From Candidatus Yanofskybacteria bacterium RIFCSPHIGHO2_01_FULL_43_32 (GTDB lineage Bacteria; Patescibacteriota; Minisyncoccia; 2-02-FULL-40-12; GWA2-44-9), in assembly GCA_001794125.1 (NCBI GenBank), contig MGJF01000002.1, forward strand, positions 172,514 to 236,513: 64,000 nt of DNA. Direction: 5' to 3'. Positions 36,407 to 46,532 of the stretch are shown here, piece by piece (position 1 is the stretch's first letter; each line of letters starts with the position of its first letter). The translations under genes and the position numbers were made by a program. Under the pieces are notes generated by a model. It searched no databases. It worked only from the letters and a program-made list of their open reading frames with translations, and was not told the origin of the DNA.

Positions 36407-37735
36407 ATGAGCATGAATTCAAAACTTAACCTCCTTCTTTTTTTGTTGGCTATTTTTGGCGTCGCCGTGTTTTCCCAAAAACTAAATGCCGGAAACATAA
36501 TTCCCGACAAAACAATAATCGTCAGCGGGTCGGTTTTTTCTATTGTCCAAAATTGGAACCTGTCTGAAAAAATAGAAGAAGGCAAAAAACTTCTGGAAAA
36601 TTCTCCGCTACTGCAATTTGAAGAGTCGCCGCAAAACGATAAAAAGGGCAGGGTTATAAAGAAAAAAGGTCAACCCGTCATGGAAATGGTTAGAAAACAA
36701 ATTGCGCTGGCTGTACTGGATACCGAAACAGGGGAAGTGTTTGAAAAAAGATACTGGCTTAATATAACCGAAATAAACAAAGCAAGCGAATTAAGAAAAA
36801 AATATCTGGATAATCCGGAAAAACTTCCAAGATTTCAGTCCGAAAATTCCGATGAAGAATTCATAGCCGTTAGCAATTGGTGGAATAGCTTCAACTCCGA
36901 TATTTCAGTAGCCAGAAAGGGAACCGTAAGCGGCCGTTATGTGGTTGTAGTTAATAAATATCTGATGGCCAATGATGACCTGGTTTATCCGGAAGAAAGA
37001 ACTGGCGCAAAATATTCCGACATCGTTTATGCGCCGCACTCCAAAGATATTCAGGATTTGATGATAATCGCTTCCGGAAAGGATTTTATAAACAAGAGCG
37101 TTCAGCAGGCGTTTAATGAATTGACTCAAGCAGGCGTTATGTCAAGAGCTTTCCCCGGCAAATTGGTTACCGATACCATCAGTCCGACATTCGTCAAAAA
37201 CATACTTATCAACGAGCAGGCCGATCCAAAATTGACTTTGGCATCCGCCGATAGCGCTAAATATCAGGCAGAAAGGGTTTTGGTCCGTTATGGTGCGAAT
37301 AAAGAAAAAACTTTTCGATATACCGTCTCAAAAACAGGCGCATCCGGTCCCGCCCAGATTATGCCTCAAACTTATTCTTATCCAAAAAAGGGAACGGGCG
37401 TATTGCAAGCATATATCGGTGCGAACTTAATAAAAGACATAGATATCGGCAGAGTGGATATGGTTAACGCCATTAAAGCTCAAATCCTTGTGTTTGACGA
37501 CCACATGGTTTATGTGATCCAAAAAGTTAATAACAGCGGATCAAAGGCTAAAAAAGTGTTTGCCGGCTTATCTCCGGACCAATTAGATGAGGTTAGGGCC
37601 ATGATATATAACGGCGGGCCGAATAAATATAACACTGCCACCGGAGGATTGAATTTGAAAGCCCGGGGAATAAAGGAAACACTCCCGTTTGTTCAAAAAT
37701 TCAGAGCAATCAGGGAACTAAACCTTTTTCAATAA
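36407..37735 (+). CDS. secreted protein with a C-terminal SLT-like (lytic transglycosylase) motif
   Basis: Signal peptide. TGASGPAQIMPQTY resembles the SLT A.G.MQ.MP.T motif. Confidence 0.4.
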   Translation: MSMNSKLNLLLFLLAIFGVAVFSQKLNAGNIIPDKTIIVSGSVFSIVQNWNLSEKIEEGKKLLENSPLLQFEESPQNDKKGRVIKKKGQPVMEMVRKQIALAVLDTETGEVFEKRYWLNITEINKASELRKKYLDNPEKLPRFQSENSDEEFIAVSNWWNSFNSDISVARKGTVSGRYVVVVNKYLMANDDLVYPEERTGAKYSDIVYAPHSKDIQDLMIIASGKDFINKSVQQAFNELTQAGVMSRAFPGKLVTDTISPTFVKNILINEQADPKLTLASADSAKYQAERVLVRYGANKEKTFRYTVSKTGASGPAQIMPQTYSYPKKGTGVLQAYIGANLIKDIDIGRVDMVNAIKAQILVFDDHMVYVIQKVNNSGSKAKKVFAGLSPDQLDEVRAMIYNGGPNKYNTATGGLNLKARGIKETLPFVQKFRAIRELNLFQ

Positions 37736-38341
37736 CAAATCATGGATTTCTTTCCAAGATTTAACTCTGGCATAGCCGGAGTTTTTATACCTCACCTTTC
37801 GGAAAGGTGAGGTATTTTTAAATACACCTAAAGGATCAAAAAGTATCTTATTTGGTACAGAACGGAGTACGTCTAAAACTTTTTGTTCATCGTCTATGTA
37901 GTGGGTGATTCCAAGTGCTTTGGCTTTTATTTCCTTATCTTCCGGTTCCAACACGAAAAAAGTATTTTGTCTATTAAAGTATTTGGGCCAAAGACCATGC
38001 TTAGTTAAAAGTGTTATTGCAGTTTCTTCTTTTTTGCGTCTGGATATTAAAAAATAGGGGATTTTTAATTTTTGTATTTTAGTCAGGGTAACTTTAACTC
38101 CCGGCATAAGGGGTGAAAACAAAGCCGTCTTGGGCTCATCGTATAAAACTCTTTGAAAATTCCGATAGGTTGCTAAGGGGGTTATAAGTTTTTTGATTAT
38201 TTCTGAAGGAGTTTCCGTTTTTTTTATTTTGAAACCAAAATTTTTGGCCAAATCAACCTTTCTCTGGGCATGGTCAACAATAACCCCGTCCATATCGAAT
38301 CCTATTATTTTTTTATCCACTTGTGATTTCATGGTTATCAC
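37718..38341 (-). CDS. HAD superfamily hydrolase (5'-nucleotidase/phosphatase-like)
   Basis: Motif I FDMDGVIVD, motif IV YIDDEQ. Its 3' coding region runs through palindrome copy 2 (37788-37816), which is translated as KNTSPFRKVRY. Confidence 0.6.
   Translation of the reverse strand: MITMKSQVDKKIIGFDMDGVIVDHAQRKVDLAKNFGFKIKKTETPSEIIKKLITPLATYRNFQRVLYDEPKTALFSPLMPGVKVTLTKIQKLKIPYFLISRRKKEETAITLLTKHGLWPKYFNRQNTFFVLEPEDKEIKAKALGITHYIDDEQKVLDVLRSVPNKILFDPLGVFKNTSPFRKVRYKNSGYARVKSWKEIHDLLLKKV
37788..37816. repeat. palindromic element atacctcacctttcggaaaggtgaggtat (family copy 2 of 3)
   Basis: A near-perfect 29-nt palindrome. It terminates the upstream plus-strand gene and lies inside the 3' end of the minus-strand HAD ORF. 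Confidence 0.5.
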
Positions 38342-38382
38342 ATATACTAAACAAAGTTTTGCTTTTTTACAACGAGGTTGCT

Positions 38383-39108
38383 ATGGAAAACTTTTTTGAA
38401 CAAAGAGCCAAGAAGGTTCTGAAGTATCTGAAAGTTACCGAAAGGTATGATGAAAAACATCGTCCCAGACCCTTCTTTGTTGAATTTACCGGTTCTCCCG
38501 ACTCTGGGAAGACCACAACCATTGATGAACTCTATAAATTCTTCAAGGCCCTCGGATTCAAGACCAGAAGACCGCAGGAAGGCGCTGAGGTCATTCAGAT
38601 TCCAAGAACAACGCCGCTTTACAATATCAGAACCTGCGATTACGCCAGGACGCAGCTGATTGACCAGGCCAATGATCCGGAATGTGATCTGATGATATTT
38701 GATCGTTGTGTTTTCGATGCTTACTGCTGGATGTTGTATTGGCGGGCCAAAAATCTTTTGACCGACGAAGAGGTTGAACTTTATCAGCAATTCTTTTTAT
38801 CCGAATTCTGGGTGAATAAACTCGATGCTGTCTATTTTGTTGTATGCGCCCCGGAAGTTGCGATGAAAAGAAGCAAGGCCGTGTCTTTGACAGATCGTCT
38901 TGGTAATTTTACCAATCCCCAAACTATCAAAGTACTGGTAGATAGATTTCAGCTGGCCTATAATATTTTGTCACCGAGATTTCCTCAGTTGAGAATTATA
39001 GACACTTCAAAAATGGATAAACAGGAGATGGTTGAGTATTTTGCAAATGAGACTTTGGCTGCGATGGAGAAAAAAATCGCCGCCGAAGGAGTGGTTAAAG
39101 CCGTTTAA
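38383..39108 (+). CDS. P-loop NTPase, kinase-like (deoxynucleoside/nucleotide kinase family?)
   Basis: Walker A FTGSPDSGKTTTIDEL and Walker B-like DLMIFDRCVFD. I take the start at 38383 (MENFFEQ). Confidence 0.4.
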   Translation: MENFFEQRAKKVLKYLKVTERYDEKHRPRPFFVEFTGSPDSGKTTTIDELYKFFKALGFKTRRPQEGAEVIQIPRTTPLYNIRTCDYARTQLIDQANDPECDLMIFDRCVFDAYCWMLYWRAKNLLTDEEVELYQQFFLSEFWVNKLDAVYFVVCAPEVAMKRSKAVSLTDRLGNFTNPQTIKVLVDRFQLAYNILSPRFPQLRIIDTSKMDKQEMVEYFANETLAAMEKKIAAEGVVKAV

Positions 39109-39171
39109 AAACGGCTTTTTAATTGTTATCATACCACTTGGAAGCTCGGCTTCCAAGTTAAATATTCCGCT

Positions 39172-40230
39172 ATGAAGGTGTTAAAAAATAAAAAATTAAA
39201 AAAATTAATATATGTAGCCATGTCGGGAGGTGTTGATTCATCAGTAGCCGCCGCCTTATTGAAAAAGCGGGGTTTTGATGTTGTTGGAGTGTTTATGAAA
39301 CCCTGGAGTCCGACACGCCGTGTCGGACATGTGGATAACTGTATATGGAAAGAAGACAGAAAGGATGCGATGCGGGCGGCTTCGGCATTGGGCATACCGT
39401 TTGAAACTTGGGATTTTTCTAAACAATACAAAAAATCGGTGACTGATTATATGGTTAGAGAATACAAAGCAGGAAGAACACCAAATCCGGATGTGATGTG
39501 TAATAAAGAAATTAAATTCGGATTATTTTTTAAGAGGGCCATAAAAGAAGGCGCCGATTTTATTGCCACGGGCCATTATGTCAGAGTGAAAAAAGGCAGG
39601 CTTTTTGTTGCTAAAGACAAAAACAAAGACCAGTCATATTTTTTATGGACTTTGAAACAAAAACAACTGACGAAGTGTCTTTTTCCGGTCGGGGATTATA
39701 TCAAGCCGGAAGTAAGAAAATTAGCCAAGAAGTTTGGTCTACCCAACCACGGCAAAAAAGACAGCCAAGGGGTTTGTTTTATCGGACCGCTGGATATGAA
39801 GGGCTTTTTACAAACTAAAATTAAAACCAGAACAGGCAAAATTATTCATTTAGACGGCAGGGTCTTGGGAGCCCACGACGGAGTTTATTATTACACAATC
39901 GGTCAAAGGCACGGTTTGGATATAAGTATCGGAAGCGGGCCTTATTATGTTGTTTCCAAAGATATCAAAAAAAACATTATTTATGTCGGAAAAGAAAAAA
40001 ATCTCTACTCTAAAAATCTCAAGATTTCAGATATAAGCTGGATTGGTGAAAAGTTGAAACTACCAGCCCGACTGGATGTCCGTCTGCGCTACCGGGTCGG
40101 CTTAAAAGGGGCTGTTCTTAAAAAAAACGGCGAACTTGAATTAAAAACATCCGAAAGAGCGGTCACCTCCGGCCAATCGGCGGTATTCTATAGAAAAGGA
40201 GAACTTCTTGGCGGAGGAATAATAAAATAA
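39172..40230 (+). CDS. mnmA: tRNA-specific 2-thiouridylase
   Basis: VAMSGGVDSSVAA (PP-loop) and CNKEIKFGLFF... typical of MnmA. Confidence 0.9.
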   Translation: MKVLKNKKLKKLIYVAMSGGVDSSVAAALLKKRGFDVVGVFMKPWSPTRRVGHVDNCIWKEDRKDAMRAASALGIPFETWDFSKQYKKSVTDYMVREYKAGRTPNPDVMCNKEIKFGLFFKRAIKEGADFIATGHYVRVKKGRLFVAKDKNKDQSYFLWTLKQKQLTKCLFPVGDYIKPEVRKLAKKFGLPNHGKKDSQGVCFIGPLDMKGFLQTKIKTRTGKIIHLDGRVLGAHDGVYYYTIGQRHGLDISIGSGPYYVVSKDIKKNIIYVGKEKNLYSKNLKISDISWIGEKLKLPARLDVRLRYRVGLKGAVLKKNGELELKTSERAVTSGQSAVFYRKGELLGGGIIK

Positions 40231-40248
40231 TTTTAGAAATTAGAATAA

Positions 40249-41790
40249 TTAGGCCAACTGCCTCAACAGAGATTCCCCGGTCATTTCGGCCGGCTTTTCT
40301 ATGCCCATTAGTTCCAAAACCGTGGGGGCGACATCAGCCAAGAGACCCGATGCCTTAGTCATGGATAATTCTATTTCGTCATCCCGTCTCATTCTTTCAA
40401 ATTGTCTGCCGATTAAGTAAAACGGCACAGGATTGTCATTATGCTTGGTCTCGCTTTCCCCGGACGACTTGTATGTCAATGATTCCGCGTTGCCGTGATC
40501 GGCCGTTATCATCATAATTCCGTCCCTTTCCAATATTGCTGATTTTATTTTACCCACAGCTTCATCTATTGCCTGAATTCCTTTTACGGTAGCCTCAAAA
40601 TTTCCAAAATGGGACAAAATGTCCCCGTTGGCAAAATTAATCACAAAAAAATCATACCTGTCTATTTCCGATAAAACCTTTTCTGCGATATCACCCGCTT
40701 TCATTTCCGGATTTTCTGTCGGATTTTTAACGGATTCGGATAAAAAGTCCGTTTCACCGTCGAAGGGCGCGTTTTTAAGGCAGTTAAAGAAATAAGTTAC
40801 ATGGGCGTATTTTTCGGTTTCGGCGATGTGATATTGCTTTCTGCCGTTTTTACTTAATGTTTCAGCAAGGCCGTTTTTTATCTCGGGAATGGGGAACGCC
40901 ACATGAAGATTCGGATTTTCAAGATACTGGGTCAAGGAAGCGACATAAAGATTGTTTAGTTCTTTTTTCTCAAATATATCGAACTCTTTGTCCACAAAGG
41001 CCTCGACAAGCTGTCTCATGCTGTCTTCTCTGAAATTAAAAAATATCAAAGCATCGTTTTCTTTGATTGTTCCGGTATCGTCAATCACTGTGGGAAGAAT
41101 CTTTGAGTCGTTTTGGCCGCTTAAATAATATTCGTCGAGTTTCTTATAAATATCCGGGGCTTTTTCTCCGGCGCCGGCCGCTAAAAGCTCATATGCCGTT
41201 TTGGTTAAATTCCAATTTTTGCCTCTGTCCATGGCAAAATCCCTGCCTATGATTGTTGAAATTTTACCCACGCCAACCTGGGACAGATAATCCTCAACTT
41301 TTTTAATAAGCGCCGGAGCTTCTTTCAGGCCAGAATCCTTTCCGTCGGCAAAAAGGTGGATTTTTAAATTTATAATATTATTTCTCTTAGCCATGTCTAT
41401 CAGCGCAAAAAGATGCCTTAAATACGCATGGACCGAACCTGATGTCAGGAGACCGGCTAAATGAAGAACAGAATTGTTCTCGTGGACATGTCCGATGGTT
41501 TTGGTCAGGACTTCGTTTGAAAAAAAATCTTCATTATCTATCGCTTTGTTTATCCTTGATAAGTATTGAAAGATAACTCTTCCCGCGCCGATTGTAAGGT
41601 GTCCAACCTCGCTGTTTCCTGATTCTCCCCAAGTCATGCCCGCAGCTTTTCCGGAGGCCTGAAGCAACAATGAGGGGTAGTTTTGCTGAATGGAATCAAT
41701 GTTGGGAGTCTTCGCGTTTAAAATGGCATTGCCGAGCTTTTGTTTTGAATATCCCCACCCGTCTAAAACTGCCAGAACAATAGGTTTCAT
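40249..41790 (-). CDS. gpmI: 2,3-bisphosphoglycerate-independent phosphoglycerate mutase
   Basis: PIVLAVLDGWGY, SEVGHLTIGAGR, and ITADHGN. Confidence 0.9.
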   Translation of the reverse strand: MKPIVLAVLDGWGYSKQKLGNAILNAKTPNIDSIQQNYPSLLLQASGKAAGMTWGESGNSEVGHLTIGAGRVIFQYLSRINKAIDNEDFFSNEVLTKTIGHVHENNSVLHLAGLLTSGSVHAYLRHLFALIDMAKRNNIINLKIHLFADGKDSGLKEAPALIKKVEDYLSQVGVGKISTIIGRDFAMDRGKNWNLTKTAYELLAAGAGEKAPDIYKKLDEYYLSGQNDSKILPTVIDDTGTIKENDALIFFNFREDSMRQLVEAFVDKEFDIFEKKELNNLYVASLTQYLENPNLHVAFPIPEIKNGLAETLSKNGRKQYHIAETEKYAHVTYFFNCLKNAPFDGETDFLSESVKNPTENPEMKAGDIAEKVLSEIDRYDFFVINFANGDILSHFGNFEATVKGIQAIDEAVGKIKSAILERDGIMMITADHGNAESLTYKSSGESETKHNDNPVPFYLIGRQFERMRRDDEIELSMTKASGLLADVAPTVLELMGIEKPAEMTGESLLRQLA

Positions 41791-41807
41791 GTTATACTTA
41801 TTTTAAT

Positions 41808-43040
41808 ATGAGAACGCCGATTTCACAAGAAGAAACAAACGATCGCAAGCACAAAGAAGAGGTCGTTTTACGCGAACAATCGCTGTCTATTTTTCACGAA
41901 CTTGCTAATTCCGTGATTGCTTCAAATGATACGGCCGAGGCTTTAAAAGAGATAGTAAAAATTATCTGCCAGTTCACTGAATGGCAGGTGGGAGAAGTGT
42001 GGATGCCGAGTCCGGACGGCTCGCGGCTCGCGCATATTTTTCAATGGTCGAAATCAGACGGCGAACAATTTTCTAATTTTTTAAAAACAACGCAAAACAT
42101 CACTTTTGCCCAGGGTATCGGTCTGCCCGGAAGAGTATGGAAGAATCAGGCTGTGGAGTGGATAACGGACGTAAAGAAGGAGTCGCCGGAAATATTCCTG
42201 CGGGTTCAAGCCGCGCAAAAAGCAGGACTTTCGGCGGCGGCGGGATTTCCGGTGCTGACCCAAGGAAAAGTTATAGCGGTCATCGTCTTTTTCATGCTAA
42301 AGCCCAGGGAAAAAGACGAGGATACGGTAAACTTTGTCAGTAGCTTAGTACAAAAATTAGAAATCTTTTTTGAAAATAAAAATAAAAATCAATTTCGGGA
42401 GCAGTTCATTTCCGTGCTTGGGCATCAAACCCGCAACCCCTTAACAGCCGTAAGGTGGATGCTGGAGAACCTTCTGGCCAATTCTAATCTTAAGGAAGTG
42501 GAAAAACAGGAATTGAAAAAAGTCTATAAGGAAAACCTGAACCTGATGAAACTGATCAGCGATTTACTGCTCCTTTCACGCGTAGAGAACCCCGTCCCGC
42601 AAACTGAAACGATTGATTTGGGAGAGGAAATAAAAAACGCGATTGAATCAGTCCGAAAAAAACAACCCGATGTTCTTGTCACATTTGAAAATGAAGCCGG
42701 TCCCGCGACGATCAGTACCGTTAAGTCATTGGCGCTCCAAGTGTTTCTCAATATTCTCCATAACGCAGCCGAACACGCGGATAAAGAACAGGGAAAAGTT
42801 GCGGTCAAACTGCAAAGTTCAAAACAAGGCATTCTCTTCTCCTGCTACAATAATGGAAAGCCGATACCGGAAGAAATGAGGCCTCTAATATTCACAAAGG
42901 TCGTCAGCACCGCCGGAGGAGCGGGCCTCGGGTTGTTTATCGTAAAAATGATATCCGATTATTTCGGATGGCAGGTATCGTTTGATACAGGGGAAGGAGG
43001 CACGACATTTTATGTAGCAATACCCCGGCCGGACCGATAA
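41808..43040 (+). CDS. sensor histidine kinase (GAF-like N-terminal domain, HisKA, HATPase_c)
   Basis: H-box LGHQTRNPLTAVRWMLENL, N-box LNILHNAAEHA, and G-boxes GAGLGL. Confidence 0.8.
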   Translation: MRTPISQEETNDRKHKEEVVLREQSLSIFHELANSVIASNDTAEALKEIVKIICQFTEWQVGEVWMPSPDGSRLAHIFQWSKSDGEQFSNFLKTTQNITFAQGIGLPGRVWKNQAVEWITDVKKESPEIFLRVQAAQKAGLSAAAGFPVLTQGKVIAVIVFFMLKPREKDEDTVNFVSSLVQKLEIFFENKNKNQFREQFISVLGHQTRNPLTAVRWMLENLLANSNLKEVEKQELKKVYKENLNLMKLISDLLLLSRVENPVPQTETIDLGEEIKNAIESVRKKQPDVLVTFENEAGPATISTVKSLALQVFLNILHNAAEHADKEQGKVAVKLQSSKQGILFSCYNNGKPIPEEMRPLIFTKVVSTAGGAGLGLFIVKMISDYFGWQVSFDTGEGGTTFYVAIPRPDR

Positions 43041-43179
43041 TTATTGGGCAAGAATATTTGCATAAAATCAAAGTGTTTGATATAATAAAGAAGTACTTTA
43101 TTTAATTTTAATATTTAGTTAAAAATCGTTAGCTTCGCAAACTAAGTTTTACGAGCAATGTACTTAACTTTCAAACAAC

Positions 43180-44712
43180 ATGATTTCAGGATTAAGCCCG
43201 CTAATAGCGGCAATTTCAGCATTACTTCCGGGACTGGTAATAGGTTATCTCGTCAGGCATTTAGTCGCCAGCAGGAAAGTCACTCTCGCTGAATCAAGGG
43301 CGGAGGCGGTACTGGCAGATTCTAAGGCAAAGTCTCAAAACATACTTCTTGAAGCCAAAAACAACGCTTTTAAGATACTTGAGGAGGCGAAAAAAGAAGA
43401 GAAGGAAAGAAATTCCCAGCTTTCAAGAATAGAGAATCTCCTGACCAAAAAAGAGAACGAACTTGAACAAAAAGGAAAGGAGATTTTTTCCGAAAAAGAA
43501 ATTCTCAAACATAAGGCAGTTGAACTGTCGGCTCTTAAGGGCGAACTTGAACAATCAAAAGAAAAACAGTTGAAAGAATTGGAGAGAATCTCCGGATTGG
43601 ACAGAGAAAAAGCCAAAATTGAGCTGGTTGTTAAAACCGAGGAAGAATATAAAGACGATTTATATAAGATGACGAGGAAGCTTGAGCAGGAGAACAGAGA
43701 GGAGCTTGAAAAAAAAGCCCGGGAAATCCTTACAACGGCGATACAAAGATATTCCGCTTCTCACATCGCGGATGCCATGACTACGGTCGTAAGTCTGCCT
43801 TCGGATGAGGTTAAGGGTAAAATTATAGGTAAGGAGGGAAGGAACATTAAGGCAATCGAAAGATTGACCGGAGTAGATATTATTATTGATGACACTCCGG
43901 AAGCTCTCGTCGTATCCGGATTTGATCCGGTCAGGCGCCAGATAGCCAAATTGGCGATTGACAAGCTGATAGCCGACGGAAGGATACATCCGGCTAAAAT
44001 CGAGGAAATGGTTGAAAAGGCCAAGAACGAAATCAATGAAAAAATAAAAGAAGCGGGGGAAGCGGCGCTTTTTGAAACAGGAGTGGGTCCGGTAGACCCG
44101 AAGCTTACATATTTATTGGGCCGCTTAGCTTTCAGAACAAGTTTTGGACAGAATGTTCTACTTCATTCCGTTGAAATGACCCATATTGCCGGAATGCTCG
44201 CATCTGAACTCGGCGCGGATGTTTCTATCGCGAAAAAGGGCGCTTTGTTCCACGACATAGGCAAAGCCGTAGATCACGAAGTCCAGGGAACCCATGTTGA
44301 AATAGGCAGGAAATTGCTTTCAAAATTCGGAGTAGACCCGAAAGCAATTCTTGCAATGGAAGCCCATCATGATGAATATCCTTACGCCATATTGGAAGCC
44401 CGAATAGTCACCGCGGCCGACGCAATTTCGGGAGCAAGGCCGGGAGCCAGAAAAGACACCGTTGAGATATATTTAAAACGTCTTGAAGATTTGGAAAGAA
44501 TTGCCGGTTCGTTTGACGGTGTAGAAAAGTCCTATGCCATCCAGGCCGGAAGAGAATTAAGGATATTTGTTACACCAACTAAAATTGACGATCTGAGCGC
44601 GCTTAAAATGGCAAAGGATATAGCTAAGAAAATAGAGGAGGAGATGAAATATCCTGGAGAAATCAGGGTAAATGTTATTCGGGAAACACGAGCCATAGAA
44701 TACGCCAGATAA
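43180..44712 (+). CDS. rny: ribonuclease Y
   Basis: N-terminal TM helix, coiled coil, KH domain (GKIIGKEGRNIKAIERLTGVDIIIDD), and HD domain (HSVEMTHIAGMLASELG...FHDIGKA). Confidence 0.9.
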   Translation: MISGLSPLIAAISALLPGLVIGYLVRHLVASRKVTLAESRAEAVLADSKAKSQNILLEAKNNAFKILEEAKKEEKERNSQLSRIENLLTKKENELEQKGKEIFSEKEILKHKAVELSALKGELEQSKEKQLKELERISGLDREKAKIELVVKTEEEYKDDLYKMTRKLEQENREELEKKAREILTTAIQRYSASHIADAMTTVVSLPSDEVKGKIIGKEGRNIKAIERLTGVDIIIDDTPEALVVSGFDPVRRQIAKLAIDKLIADGRIHPAKIEEMVEKAKNEINEKIKEAGEAALFETGVGPVDPKLTYLLGRLAFRTSFGQNVLLHSVEMTHIAGMLASELGADVSIAKKGALFHDIGKAVDHEVQGTHVEIGRKLLSKFGVDPKAILAMEAHHDEYPYAILEARIVTAADAISGARPGARKDTVEIYLKRLEDLERIAGSFDGVEKSYAIQAGRELRIFVTPTKIDDLSALKMAKDIAKKIEEEMKYPGEIRVNVIRETRAIEYAR

Positions 44713-44838
44713 TGAATAATCAACAAGGAGGCTTGCAAAATTAGCATAAAACCTTGATAATTGAAAAAGCAACAGGTTTAGCGGTTCCAAAAGGGTCGAT
44801 TTGGACCTTTTAAATAAACTAATTAGAATTATAAAAAC

Positions 44839-45117
44839 ATGCCAGTAAAAAAAGCTGAATTAGCAGGAAGATTAGCTGAAAAAATGGGAGTGACCAAGAA
44901 GCAAGGCGTGGAATGGTTAGACGCTTTTGTTGACGAAGTCACCAAGGTCATGAGATCGGGCGACAAGGTTAACATAACCGGATTTGGCATCTTCAAGGTT
45001 TCCGACAGGAAAGCCCGAGAAGGCCGAAATCCAAGAACCGGCGAGTCCATTCACATTGCCGCTTCTAAGAAGCCAAGATTTACCCCAGGTAAATTATTGA
45101 AAGAAGCAATCAAATAG
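44839..45117 (+). CDS. HU family DNA-binding protein
   Basis: GFGIFKVSDRKAREGRNPRTGESIHIAASKKPRFTPGKLLK (HU arm). A terminator aaaaccggtatttgccggtttttt follows at 45140-45170. Confidence 0.85.
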   Translation: MPVKKAELAGRLAEKMGVTKKQGVEWLDAFVDEVTKVMRSGDKVNITGFGIFKVSDRKAREGRNPRTGESIHIAASKKPRFTPGKLLKEAIK

Positions 45118-45211
45118 TTTTTTGAAACATAAAAACAAAAAACCGGTATTTGCCGGTTTTTTGTTTTTATTGTATAGATGAGACATAAACGCTCTTTGAC
45201 AAGAGGATACT

Positions 45212-46468
45212 ATGCAAGAATGGGCATTGTGTCTGCCCGGTACGTTTCCAAGATTAGGGCCTCATGCCGGCGCTTTGCATGCTTTTCATGACGCCGCATC
45301 ACAGGGGTTGTTGGAAAAAGAACCCTCTTTTATATCCACCAGTTCGGTTTCATTCATTCCGGCGTCCATATATGTCCAAGGATCAGAAAGGGAACATGTG
45401 GAGTTTGAAGAAAAACTCATCAATCTAAGAAAAAGACATTTTGTGAGCCTGCATCCTGATTTAAAAAAGAGAGCTTTTGTTGACTTCTTGTCTATTGCGG
45501 GATTGTTAATTGCCGCTCACGAAACCGGCAAGATAAAAAACCGGTTAATCAGCCGCATGGCTTTGCTGGCGTTGGGGTTTCCGGCTTATAAAATAGCCGA
45601 AAAAACAGTAAAAGACATTTTTTCCGTTGAATCTTTTCTCGTTTACGACAATCTGAGAGAACTCTTGCTCCAGACCCTGAAATTTGACCTTATCTTTAAA
45701 TCCTCGATAAAAATCGAGGTGCCGGCAGTAAACTTAAACACAGCCGGCTGGACGCTTGACCAGATACTTTCCAATCCGCCTCTTTATTTGAACGGGTGGC
45801 GGAACCGGGGCTGGGTTTCCGTTACTAATTTCCGGCCGGAAGACATTAATTTGGAAGAAGAGGTCAGAAACGCAAGATATGTTGAAGGGGGAATTAACGG
45901 ACTTCGGGTATTCGGTCACTTTGGACCCGGAAAGCATGATGGCAAGGGCCAGATAGTTGACACTGCGGCTTTAAGCAATCTCCCGATCCATTTCGCCGTT
46001 AAGGAAGGCTATTCCAATATAGTGGTTCTCCATTACAATTCCAGAGCGGAAGGACCGCTCGACAGATCGTTTGCAAACTGGGTGGGGTTGCTTAGCCGTT
46101 GTTTTGACATAACAATATCTGAAAATACCAGAAAAACTATTCTTGGCCATTTGAGAGTTAACAACGATCTTGAACAATTAGCCAAGCAAAGGGAGGATTT
46201 GAAAAGAATTGAGGAATTGCTCCATGCTCAAAAGTTAGATGCCGAAACCCAGCAGGCGATAAGCCGGCATATTCAGAATATTAGACAAACCATGCAAAAC
46301 TTGTCCTATGCTCAAAAGAAAATAATCAAGTTCATATTCGTCGGTTCCGATCCGATACCGGATGCGCATTTCAATGATTTTACCAAGGATCAGATGCTGG
46401 AAGGAATAAATAAAGGCTGGAAAGCGGGTTGGGATACGGTTCCTAAAATAAATAAAATGATTGCATAA
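45212..46468 (+). CDS. hypothetical protein, possibly a divergent patatin-like phospholipase
   Basis: The N-terminal LCLPGTFPRLGPHAGALHAF loosely resembles the patatin GGGxRG region, and YVEGGINGL resembles the DGG box. The catalytic motifs are degenerate, so this is a weak call. Confidence 0.3.
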   Translation: MQEWALCLPGTFPRLGPHAGALHAFHDAASQGLLEKEPSFISTSSVSFIPASIYVQGSEREHVEFEEKLINLRKRHFVSLHPDLKKRAFVDFLSIAGLLIAAHETGKIKNRLISRMALLALGFPAYKIAEKTVKDIFSVESFLVYDNLRELLLQTLKFDLIFKSSIKIEVPAVNLNTAGWTLDQILSNPPLYLNGWRNRGWVSVTNFRPEDINLEEEVRNARYVEGGINGLRVFGHFGPGKHDGKGQIVDTAALSNLPIHFAVKEGYSNIVVLHYNSRAEGPLDRSFANWVGLLSRCFDITISENTRKTILGHLRVNNDLEQLAKQREDLKRIEELLHAQKLDAETQQAISRHIQNIRQTMQNLSYAQKKIIKFIFVGSDPIPDAHFNDFTKDQMLEGINKGWKAGWDTVPKINKMIA

Positions 46469-46532
46469 TCCCTCATCTCTCCGCGCTCACGCGTGAGCGC
46501 GGAGAGCAAACAAAATCCCCCGATTGGGGGAT

